Shown here piece by piece: positions 46,424-56,643 of a stretch of 64,000 nt of DNA (position 1 is its first letter; the number at the start of each line of letters is the position of its first letter). The translations under genes were made by a program, and so were the position numbers. The stretch is from a virus, in IMG/VR virus record IMGVR_UViG_3300044615_000494. The stretch is one strand, 5' to 3'. Under the pieces are notes generated by a model. The model saw only the letters and a program-made list of their open reading frames with translations. It searched no databases and was not told the origin of the DNA.

Positions 46424-46860
46424 AATACTAACTTACAGTAAGCGTTAGTACCTGTCTCGCCCTCACGCCACTCTGAAATCAATTCAAAACCAGCAGACTT
46501 ATAAGTTGACCAACTCTCATATCTAGGATAACTCCATACTGCATCAGAGTTTTCTTTTCTGCCCTGATTGATAGTGGCTAATAGTAATTCTTTACCATAG
46601 CCCTTCTTTCTATAATCAGGAAACACATATAAACCCCTCGATCTATATGTATTATCACAACATTTGTGACCGCTATTACAACCTACTATTGTGCCGTTGT
46701 CTTTGACGATAAAGAATGTAGGTTCGTATTCATAATTTTTAAGATCATATTGATCGCCCATCAACATAGCACTATGTTTTTCTATAGGGCTTTTTCTATC
46801 AGGCCATAAATGATTGATCCAAATATTATACACTACATCATACTCAACTTGTTCTATCAT
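46420..46860 (-). CDS. GNAT acetyltransferase
   Basis: RGLYVFPDYRKKGYGKELL, YKSAGF. Confidence 0.85.
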   Translation of the reverse strand: MIEQVEYDVVYNIWINHLWPDRKSPIEKHSAMLMGDQYDLKNYEYEPTFFIVKDNGTIVGCNSGHKCCDNTYRSRGLYVFPDYRKKGYGKELLLATINQGRKENSDAVWSYPRYESWSTYKSAGFELISEWREGETGTNAYCKLVF

Positions 46861-47651
46861 ATTAGATTTTCTTCTACGTTATATAAAAATTTAGATGCAT
46901 GACCGGGTAAAAGCAAATCATCTTTGTGGGCTACTCTTATAGTGAAAGCCATGCGGGGTGATGAGTCCATGTTCTGAGTTACGCCGTGTACTGCTTGATG
47001 CCCGTTAATGATTATCAAACTATTAGATTTAGGTTTGAATGTAAAACCATATGGACTCCATATCTCGCCCCCTAATCCTTCTTTATGATCATAAAGATAA
47101 AAAGTGATACTGTACATTCTAGCATCTCTATGATCTGTAGTATACGGTGATGATTTTACGTTTGTTAAATGAGGTGCAGAATCTAAATGATATGCTAAGT
47201 ATTTACCCTGTTCAAGGTAATTTAAGTGCAATCTATAGAATATCCAATCATCTTTGTTGTCTGCGAAAGGTTTTAGATTTTTGACAACTGATGTTGCTTT
47301 GTAAAAAATAGAACTTATGTTATTTCTAATAGTGTCATCTGCCCATTTAGAAATAGTGTCGTTGGTTTGATTGTAATAATCTCTTAAGAATGTGATATCA
47401 TAGACGACTATCTGTTCCCGAGCATTTTGAGCATGACTTAATATTCTTTTACTTTCTGTACCTATTTTAAAAGTTGTTGAATGGGTTAAGTAAGTTTTTG
47501 TATCACCATTCAATAGTATAGAAGATATGCAATTTTTTAGTGTGTTAAAAAAATGTGGTTCAAAAACATCATGGTAGATGTAGCCTTCTAACGCCACTCT
47601 ACCATAATGTTCTGTTTTAATATCTTCTTTGAATTCAGTACAAAGAGTCAC
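46857..47651 (-). CDS. 2OG-Fe(II) oxygenase
   Basis: YHLD, FYLY...GGE, NSLIII, HGVT, RMAFTIR. Confidence 0.8.
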   Translation of the reverse strand: MTLCTEFKEDIKTEHYGRVALEGYIYHDVFEPHFFNTLKNCISSILLNGDTKTYLTHSTTFKIGTESKRILSHAQNAREQIVVYDITFLRDYYNQTNDTISKWADDTIRNNISSIFYKATSVVKNLKPFADNKDDWIFYRLHLNYLEQGKYLAYHLDSAPHLTNVKSSPYTTDHRDARMYSITFYLYDHKEGLGGEIWSPYGFTFKPKSNSLIIINGHQAVHGVTQNMDSSPRMAFTIRVAHKDDLLLPGHASKFLYNVEENLI

Positions 47652-47653
47652 GA

Positions 47654-49423
47654 TTACTTAATTGACGCGCTCCAAGCAGCATAGAAACTTATGCTATTAG
47701 TTTCAGTCAATGCCAATGTGATATCGCTTTCTTTAGTCTCAGCGTACAATGGATTAGTCTGGAAGTAGAACATAGTTGTTCCGGTCATTCTTGCTCTTGA
47801 TGTTGTTGCTACTGCAACGAACTCAATCATTTTGAGTTTAGTCTCTTCAGGAAGAGTTACAGTAGGATTAGCGATAGTGAGAGTACCTGTTTCTGGCTCT
47901 AGATTCATGAACTGCGCATAATCGGCTTCCATTGCAGAATCTAACCATTCGATAGACCATACTACAGGATCATCCGGGAATACTACATTCAAGTCAGATA
48001 CATTGATGGCACTGTTTAAGTTAGCAACAATAGGCTCACCTGACTCAGGATGCACACCTAAATACATAGTCATGTTATTATTTTTATAACTAGCGTTTGG
48101 ATCTGAAGTGATTAAGTAGACGATCTTATTTTGATTTTCGCTGAAAGTGCTATCTTCAAACAACAATGCGTTTTCAGTAGCAGTAGTGATGATAGTGTTT
48201 TTCATCTGTGCAAACGGAACCATGTCCGCAAACAATGCTCCTATCTCCGCTGCAACACCTGCTACTAAAGGTGCGCTGAAAGATGTACCGGAGATCATTA
48301 GATATCCGCCTGTATAGTTTGCTACAACAACTGCCTCACCGGGTGCAAACAAGTCTAGTTCTTGACCATGACCAGTAGTTACCCCTGCGTCACTTGGACT
48401 GATGTTGTTGAATCCGCAAGGGATATCATATTTGTCCATCGCCGCAACTGTCAATACATCTACCATACCTGCAGGGCTTATGTCTGCAATATCGATACCA
48501 TCGTTACCTGCTGCGCAGATAACAGTAATACCTAAGTCTAGTAGGCCCTGTACTTTAGCATCCAAGTATGCTGAACGTGCAGTACCCCAAGACATGTTAC
48601 AAATTCTTGTCTTTAATGGGTCTGCGCTAGCAACAGCAACAAGTGCGTCTATCGCTTGACCTATTTGAAGTATACTTGCTGTGCCAGTAGCATCACCGAT
48701 CTTAACATTGAATACTTTGCAATTATTAGCGATACCTAAATTCTTACCTACAGCCATGCTAGTTACGGCTGTACCGTGACCGATGTTATCATCATAGTAG
48801 TCATAAGGACCGCCCGGAGGACCAAAGCATGTCCAAAAATTTACACCTTCAAAGCCTGGGTAATCAAATTCAGGATGTGAGAAGTTGATACCTGTATCAA
48901 ATACGTAAAGTTCTGGCTTTGATAGATAAGTCATATCATGTGTACTGAATGATTCAGCCAATGGACGATAACGACTTACAATTCTGATTCTAGGCCATTG
49001 TGCATCTGAACCTGTAGGATCTAACGATGTTGATTCACCGTTCATAGATTCGATGCTACCGACGTTAGCCATCAATTTCATTGGAGCACTGGTATGTTCG
49101 ATAGAGTCTACGTTATCTGCAAGGTTAGTAGCATCAACAGATGATACATGATAGAATCCGTTCCCTAAATCAGCGATGATTGTAGCCCATTGTCCGAAAT
49201 GAATCGGGTCACCCTTAATAACGAATTCTTGAATAGTTGCCGCGCCCATGCCTGCTTCAAGTACTGCTACCTGATGGTAATCGGTCGCGGTGGGATCCAG
49301 TTTAGCAAACTGAAGTAAATGCCAACCGATATCCAAATCAAGTGCATCTACTTTTGTAGTTAATTTAAAACGGTCTGCAAATGCGTCTCTTGACGCTGTA
49401 TCTGCGAATGTAACTCTAATCAT
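47654..49423 (-). CDS. subtilisin-like serine protease (peptidase S8) with prodomain and C-terminal extension
   Basis: VFDTG, GHGTAV, AAGN, DLFAPG, SGTSFSAPLVAG catalytic motifs. Confidence 0.92.
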   Translation of the reverse strand: MIRVTFADTASRDAFADRFKLTTKVDALDLDIGWHLLQFAKLDPTATDYHQVAVLEAGMGAATIQEFVIKGDPIHFGQWATIIADLGNGFYHVSSVDATNLADNVDSIEHTSAPMKLMANVGSIESMNGESTSLDPTGSDAQWPRIRIVSRYRPLAESFSTHDMTYLSKPELYVFDTGINFSHPEFDYPGFEGVNFWTCFGPPGGPYDYYDDNIGHGTAVTSMAVGKNLGIANNCKVFNVKIGDATGTASILQIGQAIDALVAVASADPLKTRICNMSWGTARSAYLDAKVQGLLDLGITVICAAGNDGIDIADISPAGMVDVLTVAAMDKYDIPCGFNNISPSDAGVTTGHGQELDLFAPGEAVVVANYTGGYLMISGTSFSAPLVAGVAAEIGALFADMVPFAQMKNTIITTATENALLFEDSTFSENQNKIVYLITSDPNASYKNNNMTMYLGVHPESGEPIVANLNSAINVSDLNVVFPDDPVVWSIEWLDSAMEADYAQFMNLEPETGTLTIANPTVTLPEETKLKMIEFVAVATTSRARMTGTTMFYFQTNPLYAETKESDITLALTETNSISFYAAWSASIK

Positions 49424-49486
49424 CGTTATAGGCTCCTGCTATATATGTATTATTTATCATTCTTCCTCAAACATTCTAAATAGTTA

Positions 49487-50281
49487 ATGATAAAAATACA
49501 TGTTATCAGCGATCTTTACTTGGGTTTTAACGAATTTAGCACCGAAGAAGAACAATTACCGGACGTAGACCTTGTAATTTTGAACGGTAATATAGGGCAG
49601 TTAAAACGATGCATGTTATATGCTGAAACCCTGTGTAAGAAGTATCCCGACATTCAATTCGTAGTCAATTTAGGAGAAGTAGAATATCATAGTTCTTGTC
49701 CTAAACACATGGGCGAACTTGAAGAATCTTTGAATATTCGAAGGTCTGCAAATTTAGATTGGCCTAAAAATCTTCACTGGAGCACGGATTCCCAAATGGT
49801 CACACTGCGTAACGGAATTAAAGTAGACATCTTGTGTCTCTATGGATACCCACAGATATATAGTCATTCTATACCATGGGAAGAAACCATATGGCACAAA
49901 ACTTATACTATGGATATTTTGTATGAATTTCCTGAGTCAGGGCCATGGCACAAACCTAATGAAACATCTAATGTCAGACATGGATATTGTCCGGTGTTTG
50001 CTACTAAAGACTGGATAAACAAGCAACATGCGAAAGAATGGATTATTGCCAGAAACTGGGAAGTAAAAGTTACGTGTCTAAAGATATTAGTGACGCATAT
50101 CAATCCCTATAAAGATACACGCTGTGCCGGGCAAAAAGTAGCACCCTATCTTATACATCTACATAACGGTATATGGATAGGTTCAAATACTGAATGCAAT
50201 GATGTAAGTTTCTTAGGAGGAAGATTGTATTCAAATCCCGGAAGAGGATCCCAGGCCAGGCATAAAGTTATCACGGTATAA
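49487..50281 (+). CDS. calcineurin-like metallophosphoesterase (divergent)
   Basis: HVISDLY, VILNGNIG, NLGEVE, LVTH; several metal ligands look substituted. Confidence 0.6.
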   Translation: MIKIHVISDLYLGFNEFSTEEEQLPDVDLVILNGNIGQLKRCMLYAETLCKKYPDIQFVVNLGEVEYHSSCPKHMGELEESLNIRRSANLDWPKNLHWSTDSQMVTLRNGIKVDILCLYGYPQIYSHSIPWEETIWHKTYTMDILYEFPESGPWHKPNETSNVRHGYCPVFATKDWINKQHAKEWIIARNWEVKVTCLKILVTHINPYKDTRCAGQKVAPYLIHLHNGIWIGSNTECNDVSFLGGRLYSNPGRGSQARHKVITV

Positions 50282-51259
50282 AGAACCTACTTTGTCTTCA
50301 ATTAGTTGATCTTTAAATTTAAGTCTTGGATCTCCCAAAGGCATTACACTTAACATTTTTTCTATAGGGAATCTATATAATTTTTCAAACGTCCAACCGT
50401 CTCCGGTTTTCTTTTCTAAGTGATTCTTTACTAATTCAAAACCTGTGAACTTTTGTTTTTGAGGAATTATATTAAATCCTGCTCTTCTATATCCCCTGTT
50501 TTTCTGTAAATATCTTAAATCTTCCCAATACTTTCGTTCTGTATAAGACACTACACTGCTCGGTACATAGCCAGTCACTGGTGGTGTAAGCAGAGAAATA
50601 GCCCAAGTGAGTTTAGGATTACAACTAAGAAAATTACCCTGACACTTAAATCCAGAAATGTTGCTGTAATTTATATAGTTTTGAGAATTTCTAGTATAGT
50701 TCATACCCCAACTGTTCAAGTATGTTGTATATAAAGGAGTGTTGCCTCCGGCTACTACTCCGTCGTATCCTTTCTGTCTTATCAAATCAAATAATTTATA
50801 ATGTACATTAAAATGCGGGCTCGGGCTTTTGTATTTTTTAGCATATTCATAGTTAGATATAGAAAGGAAATTTAATACATCTATCTCAATTATGTTATAT
50901 GGTATATTATTTTTACTGCAATACATCACTGCATGATCTACGTCTTGACTATTCAAATTATTTTTAAATTTTAGAATGAAAAGATCAAACTTGATATCAG
51001 CCTCGACAAAACATTGAACCATGCACTGACTATCGACTCCCCCGCTGAAACTTAAAGCAATTTTTGAGCCTATAGAATTAGCAGTATGTTCGGCTGCTTT
51101 TATCCTATAGCGTCTTATGTCTTCTTCTAAAAAAGACAACGTATTAAAAAAATCAATATCTAAATTAACCGGTAGGTGATTTACTTCTCTACTGACAATA
51201 TCAGAAAATATGCTAGAACAATCTAGCCAGTCATCATGAAAAAATTTAAATTGCGACAA
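50231..51259 (-). CDS. PP-loop (adenine nucleotide alpha-hydrolase-like) protein
   Basis: ALSFSGGVDSQ. Confidence 0.6.
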   Translation of the reverse strand: MSQFKFFHDDWLDCSSIFSDIVSREVNHLPVNLDIDFFNTLSFLEEDIRRYRIKAAEHTANSIGSKIALSFSGGVDSQCMVQCFVEADIKFDLFILKFKNNLNSQDVDHAVMYCSKNNIPYNIIEIDVLNFLSISNYEYAKKYKSPSPHFNVHYKLFDLIRQKGYDGVVAGGNTPLYTTYLNSWGMNYTRNSQNYINYSNISGFKCQGNFLSCNPKLTWAISLLTPPVTGYVPSSVVSYTERKYWEDLRYLQKNRGYRRAGFNIIPQKQKFTGFELVKNHLEKKTGDGWTFEKLYRFPIEKMLSVMPLGDPRLKFKDQLIEDKVGSLYRDNFMPGLGSSSGI

Positions 51260-51881
51260 CTCTACGTACCATTTTTGCTAATAACTCAGGAGTCCACATA
51301 ACATTAACGACTAACATAGTGCAACTGTCAATAAAACTGAATAGGCTATGTATTTTAGTAGTGTTGATGAAGTATACTTGTCCGGGTTTCAAATTTAATA
51401 CTCGCTCTTCTTGTATCCATTTCATATCATTAATACCGAAGTTGTTGATAGGAACAAGTATTCTAAAACTAGGAACACCTACTATGGCACCGTTGTCTCT
51501 GTGGGGAGGAAAGAAACCACCTTTGTCTAGGCGTAAGAAATGTGTTCTTCCCAGACAGGGTTCGAAGAAATCTAAGAGTTCTTTTAACTCAGGCATGAAT
51601 TCTACTATGCTAGTTCTTTTATTGAAGTCTTGCTCACCAAATTTAGTATTGTGTATTTTGTTATATTCACGTAAACTAGCAAGATCAGGCTCGCCGCTAA
51701 ATCCTCCATCTAGACTAGTAACGCTAAGACCAAATCTATTATAACCCGGCTTATGAGGTTGATAGACTTTCCATCCGGGGTGTCTCATGATGATATCATG
51801 AATTTTTCCAGCATGCCATACTGGAAAATCTAGTTCTACTACATCTCCGTAGTTAACAATGAAATCGGTTAGTGTGTGCAT
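51246..51881 (-). CDS. Asp/Asn beta-hydroxylase-like 2OG-Fe(II) protein
   Basis: GGFFPPHRD, FRILVP, YFINTTKIHSLFS; start re-assigned. Confidence 0.7.
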   Translation of the reverse strand: MHTLTDFIVNYGDVVELDFPVWHAGKIHDIIMRHPGWKVYQPHKPGYNRFGLSVTSLDGGFSGEPDLASLREYNKIHNTKFGEQDFNKRTSIVEFMPELKELLDFFEPCLGRTHFLRLDKGGFFPPHRDNGAIVGVPSFRILVPINNFGINDMKWIQEERVLNLKPGQVYFINTTKIHSLFSFIDSCTMLVVNVMWTPELLAKMVRRVVAI

Positions 51882-51909
51882 AGACATATTTATTTGGCTA
51901 AATATCACT

Positions 51910-52362
51910 ATGAAAGTAACCTTCATCTACAAAGGCTCAGTAAAGCCGCCTTCTATCTATGAAAAGTTTTCAGAAAAAGTAATCAATATAATGAAGGCTC
52001 TTTATGTATTACCTGATACGATAGAGATACAATTCGAACAGATGGGACCTAGCATGTATGGTATGACTATGCTTGACCCTAGATTTCCAAATCGTATACG
52101 TATAAACCAAGATTTGTCATTAGAAGAATATCTATTACCATTGACGCATGAATTAATTCACTTGCATCAAATGTTTACAAGTAGGTTGCAATCTAGACAG
52201 GGAGGGCGTATACTATGGGACAAGACTGTATATAAAGTCAACATGTTGGAGATGTCCTACGATGACTATCAGCAACTACCCTGGGAACTAGATGTTGCGG
52301 AAAAGCAACAAAAACTACTGAAGTTGTTGCAAGAAAACAACAGGAAACTGAAGGTTATGTAA
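51910..52362 (+). CDS. putative metallopeptidase (HExxH)
   Basis: LTHELIHLHQ, PWELDV. Confidence 0.7.
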   Translation: MKVTFIYKGSVKPPSIYEKFSEKVINIMKALYVLPDTIEIQFEQMGPSMYGMTMLDPRFPNRIRINQDLSLEEYLLPLTHELIHLHQMFTSRLQSRQGGRILWDKTVYKVNMLEMSYDDYQQLPWELDVAEKQQKLLKLLQENNRKLKVM

Positions 52363-52411
52363 GTGATTGATTCATATAGATTTCCTGTAGCAAAAAAACA
52401 ACAAAAAAGGC

Positions 52412-52440
52412 TTGACATTTGGGTCAATAGGGCGCATAAT
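52412..52440 (+). promoter_or_regulatory. sigma70 promoter; start codon 6 nt after -10
   Basis: TTGACA-17-CATAAT; upstream TGTAGC-N6-ACAACA. Confidence 0.8.
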
Positions 52441-52446
52441 ACATAT

Positions 52447-52782
52447 ATGCTGACAAAACAACGTAAACGCCGTAGTGATCGTAATCAAGCAATCTATATG
52501 CTTGAGAACACTATCACCGGTGAGCAATACATAGGATTGACTGTAGTATCATATCGCGGTAACGCCGAGCGTACTATACAACGCCGATTCTTGAAGCACG
52601 TACAACGTGCAATGACTGAAAACAAGAGTTGGGGTCTGAGTCGCAACATTCGCAAGTATGGTGCTGAGGCTTTTATCGTTATGTTGGTAGATGTAGTACG
52701 CGGTAAGGCTGAGGCTCACAAAGTTGAGACTGGTCTTATCAATGAATTGCAACCCGCACTTAACACTTTTGGAGTAAAGTAA
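52447..52782 (+). CDS. GIY-YIG nuclease-like protein
   Basis: AIYMLENTITGEQYIG...RF.KH...AH..E..LI...P.LN. Confidence 0.8.
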   Translation: MLTKQRKRRSDRNQAIYMLENTITGEQYIGLTVVSYRGNAERTIQRRFLKHVQRAMTENKSWGLSRNIRKYGAEAFIVMLVDVVRGKAEAHKVETGLINELQPALNTFGVK

Positions 52783-53012
52783 TGAATGAAAACATCGATA
52801 TCCTGATACAATCTACTGCAACAATTTTAGATCGTGATCCACTAGATCAAACGGAAGATACGTATAGTATCCTACTTAAGTTCACGCAAGCCCTCGCTAC
52901 AGAGTTAGGTGAGATCCTAGTGAAAAGTCCCTACAACGAAGGGGTTCTTATGTACTTTGACGAGAAAATTGCTCGCTACGAAGTTAAGAAGGCAGTTGGA
53001 TTAAATGGATAA
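52782..53012 (+). CDS. hypothetical protein
   Basis: TAATG coupling. Confidence 0.65.
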   Translation: MNENIDILIQSTATILDRDPLDQTEDTYSILLKFTQALATELGEILVKSPYNEGVLMYFDEKIARYEVKKAVGLNG

Positions 53013-53277
53013 CGTAATGAAAAATCGGTACGGAGATGAATATAGTTTTGTCAAGGTCGATGACAATACCTACACTATTGCCGGTGACTTGATGAATTGG
53101 CGATTTGGAGGATGTCAAGGCCAAGAACAAATGGACTTCAGTAACTTAGGTTTTGTTGACCCTAGCGGTGGTCCGTTTATTCAACTAGGTGCAAGTATCG
53201 ATGGTCGCAAGATCAAGCGCATCTCCGCATCCGGGGACTTCAACAAGATGCCCACTATAATGTTTGAAGTTGAATGA
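53005..53277 (+). CDS. hypothetical protein
   Basis: KNRYGDEYSF...DPSGGPFI. Confidence 0.7.
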   Translation: MDNVMKNRYGDEYSFVKVDDNTYTIAGDLMNWRFGGCQGQEQMDFSNLGFVDPSGGPFIQLGASIDGRKIKRISASGDFNKMPTIMFEVE

Positions 53278-53328
53278 CGAAACCTATATAGGACATTAAA
53301 CCCAACTAAATATTTAGTTGGGTTTTCC

Positions 53329-54291
53329 ATGATATACCATAATACCAAGCACAATATTTTTTATTATCCTATATTCAGATGCGGTAGCAGTATCCTTCGC
53401 GATATCTCATCACAATATGATGAACTAGTAGAGTATCACGATGACGAAGGATTCAAACTTATAGACCTTAATCGTGAATGTCCTATCTATGTAATTTATA
53501 GAGATCCCGAGACACGTTTTAAAAGTGGATTACAGATAACTATCACGAGGTTTTTACCCTGCGATATACCACCGCAGTCAAGATACGTTGATCAATTCTT
53601 GGATGAGGGACATGATGTTTCCTTTGAAAATGCTATGGGGTTTTTAGATAATGTTATCACTACAGATATCCCTAAAGTTTCTGGATCCTGGCAAGGTAAG
53701 ATTATGCGACCGTTCCATTTATATGACTCACACATCGATCATATGTTATGGAAGATACTGATACTCAAGGCATATGACTATAACGTTGTGCCCTTACCTA
53801 TCAACAAATATGACAGTCATCTGGCTCCGTTATATCCTAAAGCATATAACGATATATTAAAGTCGCATGACAGGCCTGAAACTTTCAAACACAACAATAA
53901 GAGAGCATTAAGACTCTGGGATATCTATAAAAAAGTTTTTATAGAAAATAAATATTTTCAGAACAAAACACAGAGACCGCATATCTCTTTTAAAGAGTGG
54001 ATGGATGAAGAAAGAAAAGTCTTTGCTACGATAGAAAAATTTAAGTCTGCTGCTACTTTTAAATTCGCCTGTGACAAGATGATAACGAAATTATTTGCGA
54101 ACAAAATTTATTTTGAAGATATGTACTCGCCGTCATTAGAAAGAATTCATGAATTGTTAGATATATTACATCGTCATAAAAAACCTTTAAAACAATTTGA
54201 ATTATTTCATAAAACATATAGGTCTATCTCTGTACAAACGGATGAATTTCAAAGTGGTCAATACATAGAAAACGATAAGAGGAGAAAATAA
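53329..54291 (+). CDS. sulfotransferase-like protein
   Basis: YPIFRCGSSI, YRDPETRFKSG. Confidence 0.55.
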   Translation: MIYHNTKHNIFYYPIFRCGSSILRDISSQYDELVEYHDDEGFKLIDLNRECPIYVIYRDPETRFKSGLQITITRFLPCDIPPQSRYVDQFLDEGHDVSFENAMGFLDNVITTDIPKVSGSWQGKIMRPFHLYDSHIDHMLWKILILKAYDYNVVPLPINKYDSHLAPLYPKAYNDILKSHDRPETFKHNNKRALRLWDIYKKVFIENKYFQNKTQRPHISFKEWMDEERKVFATIEKFKSAATFKFACDKMITKLFANKIYFEDMYSPSLERIHELLDILHRHKKPLKQFELFHKTYRSISVQTDEFQSGQYIENDKRRK

Positions 54292-54293
54292 AT

Positions 54294-55097
54294 ATGCCGG
54301 TGTTAGGTGTATGTGGTGATAGTTGGTATGCAGCCACGCAAAATATTGAAAATAATCCAGCATGCCATGATAGTGAAGGAAAGCATTTTAGTGAGATCCT
54401 TGCTAATAAATTAGACTATATGTTATTCACGCTGGCGCGCGGTGCCGCAAGCAATAGTTGTATACGATTGCAAATAACTGAAATGGTAAAGAGAAAAGTA
54501 GACTTCATATTGATAGGTACTACCTCTGTTAACAGGATAGAATATCCATTGTATCATGATAGAGAATATGATCCTAATTTAGGATTGTTCAACATCAATT
54601 ACACATTTCATCCTGATCAAAGTTCTCAATATTTTTCAAAAAATAAAGAAGTTTTAGCAAGCGATACGTTGACTAACATTTTTGGTAACAAGAATAATCA
54701 TGCCCCTGTGCGTAGCGAAGAACAACGTGAAGCAATAAAGAATTATTATCTAGAAGCATACGATGACAAATTCAGAGAACAACAAGATTCGTGGATCATA
54801 GCAAGCGGTATACAAATGATACGTGATGCGAAAATTCCCTATCTTTTGTTAGGACATCCTTGGCTAGAGCATGCGGGATACTTCAAGGATTCTATCAGAG
54901 ATGTATTATATGATGCTGAAAAGGGTATAATTCCCTGGACTTATGGAGTCACTAGCGCACCCCATGCGACACGTAGATGGCATACGGTCGATGAGACACA
55001 AGTGATTGTAGCAGAAAAATTGTATAAGTACATAACCAAAAATAAGTTATTGACACTTGCCCAAAATACTTTACCTCAGACCAGTTCCAGTTTATGA
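54294..55097 (+). CDS. SGNH-like protein
   Basis: GVCGDSW, LARGAASNSCIRLQI, WHT...Q. Confidence 0.7.
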   Translation: MPVLGVCGDSWYAATQNIENNPACHDSEGKHFSEILANKLDYMLFTLARGAASNSCIRLQITEMVKRKVDFILIGTTSVNRIEYPLYHDREYDPNLGLFNINYTFHPDQSSQYFSKNKEVLASDTLTNIFGNKNNHAPVRSEEQREAIKNYYLEAYDDKFREQQDSWIIASGIQMIRDAKIPYLLLGHPWLEHAGYFKDSIRDVLYDAEKGIIPWTYGVTSAPHATRRWHTVDETQVIVAEKLYKYITKNKLLTLAQNTLPQTSSSL

Positions 55098-55124
55098 TAC
55101 AAAGATTGATTAACTTTAAAGGAG

Positions 55125-55337
55125 ATGTCCTTGTCTACTCTAGAATCTACACAACGCCCGGTCGTTAAGTTTGATCCTAGCAACCCAGACCATCGTAAGT
55201 GGTTGGGCCAATTCACTACTAATCTGAGTTGGGGTAACTGCCCTGTCAGGTTCAGTAATGAGGGATATGGTAACACTGTTGCGCAAATGCAACAGCGATT
55301 GATACAGTATTACGTTAGCCAAGAATTTAATAAATAA
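55125..55337 (+). CDS. small hypothetical protein
   Basis: AAGGAG SD; VKFDPSNPDHR. Confidence 0.7.
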   Translation: MSLSTLESTQRPVVKFDPSNPDHRKWLGQFTTNLSWGNCPVRFSNEGYGNTVAQMQQRLIQYYVSQEFNK

Positions 55338-55340
55338 CTC

Positions 55341-55369
55341 TTGACAACAGGAACCAAATCCTGTAATAT
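55341..55369 (+). promoter_or_regulatory. sigma70-type promoter
   Basis: TTGACA-17-TAATAT. Confidence 0.6.
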
Positions 55370-55376
55370 AATGGGT

Positions 55377-55541
55377 ATGAAAACTGAACGCATTTCTTTC
55401 GTTATCAAGGCCCCTAAGAAGCGTGTCCACAAGGCACTTTTCGACAGGGAGTGTAACTTTCGCGGCAAGCGCCAGGACGACAAGCACGCCTACAAGCGCA
55501 AGCCCAAAAACAACCGCTGGGACATTGAATATGAGTACTGA
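55377..55541 (+). CDS. small basic protein
   Basis: MKTERISF...KHAYKRKPK. Confidence 0.65.
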   Translation: MKTERISFVIKAPKKRVHKALFDRECNFRGKRQDDKHAYKRKPKNNRWDIEYEY

Positions 55542-55701
55542 CCGTACACAGGAAATTCGTGACCTACGGGCTCTAGGATATGATACTTATACCATAGCCC
55601 GTAAACTTGAGTTGACGGTTCCCGAGGTCGAGAAAGTGATCTATGGGACTGATGAAGCGACCGATGATTCCTTGGTATTTTGGGCTAGTCAGCACTACTA
55701 A
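55531..55701 (+). CDS. small HTH-like protein
   Basis: IRDLRALGYDTYTIARKLELTVPEVEKV. Confidence 0.55.
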   Translation: MSTDRTQEIRDLRALGYDTYTIARKLELTVPEVEKVIYGTDEATDDSLVFWASQHY

Positions 55702-55760
55702 GTTGTTGTTTTTAAACAACATTTTTCCGTAAAAAATCCGTAAATTTCCGTAAAAAAGGC

Positions 55761-55789
55761 TTGACTTTGGGTCAGCCCGGTACTATAAT
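55761..55789 (+). promoter_or_regulatory. sigma70 promoter with upstream TGTTGT-N6-ACAACA (55704-55721) and TCCGTAAA repeats
   Basis: TTGACT-17-TATAAT. Confidence 0.85.
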
Positions 55790-55818
55790 ATACATATAGT
55801 CGAGATTAAGGAACAGAT

Positions 55819-56286
55819 ATGAAAATCGTTATCACTACTCAAGTCCGCGAAAATTACGGTGACGCTAACAAGCCCTACTGGAAGTTCAAGGGCGGCGACA
55901 CTTATGTTGTACCCGATCTCTCGGTCGAGCAGACCCTCAAGGTCAAGGAGTATGGAATCCCTACTCTCAGGGCATTGATTGAAACCCGCACTCAGGGTTT
56001 CGAGGAGTATGTCGTTGATTGGAGTATCCTCGATGATGACGCTACTGTGTCCGAACCCTGGGAAACGCCCTATAATCTGTATTGGGAGCAGGGTCGTTGG
56101 GTCGCCCGTCGCATCGTTGAAAACGGTGAGTACGGATACATGCGAGCCGAGGTCGCTAGCAAGGCTGAAGAGTATGTTATGCTAATGGCTGGTGGTCGTG
56201 AGAATTATGTTGCTGTCTATACTATGCGCAACGGTGATGTTGTGAATAGTAAGGATGTGGAAGTTTATTTAACTAAGGCTGCTTAA
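55819..56286 (+). CDS. hypothetical early protein
   Basis: TQVRENYG...YWKFKGG.TY; AAGGAA SD. Confidence 0.8.
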   Translation: MKIVITTQVRENYGDANKPYWKFKGGDTYVVPDLSVEQTLKVKEYGIPTLRALIETRTQGFEEYVVDWSILDDDATVSEPWETPYNLYWEQGRWVARRIVENGEYGYMRAEVASKAEEYVMLMAGGRENYVAVYTMRNGDVVNSKDVEVYLTKAA

Positions 56287-56296
56287 GGAGAAAATC

Positions 56297-56569
56297 ATGG
56301 ATATCAAAGAAATCAATAGTGCTATCATGTTCGGTAATCTTACCAATGACGAATTGAATTCGATTGGTGATGCTATTCGCTATCGCCGTAGTCAATTGAC
56401 TACCCAATCGCGCCGTAGTCTTAGTCTCGGTTGTACTGTGAAGTTTACGAATAGCCGAACTGGACAGTTGGTTACTGGTAAGGTTGACAAGATCAACCGC
56501 AAGTTTATTATTGTTAATGCAGGATTTACTCGCTGGCGAGTGCCCGCAAATATGTTGGAGGCGGTATGA
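56297..56569 (+). CDS. hypothetical early protein (KOW/SH3-like)
   Basis: AAGGAG SD; VKF...GKVDKINRKFIIV...WRVPANML. Confidence 0.8.
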   Translation: MDIKEINSAIMFGNLTNDELNSIGDAIRYRRSQLTTQSRRSLSLGCTVKFTNSRTGQLVTGKVDKINRKFIIVNAGFTRWRVPANMLEAV

Positions 56570-56643
56570 TCGCTAATTTGATTATCATAGCCAGCCCGAT
56601 CATATTGATGGGCTTGGCGATTATTGTAGCAGGTGAGTTTTAA
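56566..56643 (+). CDS. 25-aa hydrophobic peptide (not in ORF track)
   Basis: GGAGG SD; MIANLIIIASPIILMGLAIIVAGEF*; overlaps both neighbours (ATGA, TAATG). Confidence 0.5.
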   Translation: MIANLIIIASPIILMGLAIIVAGEF

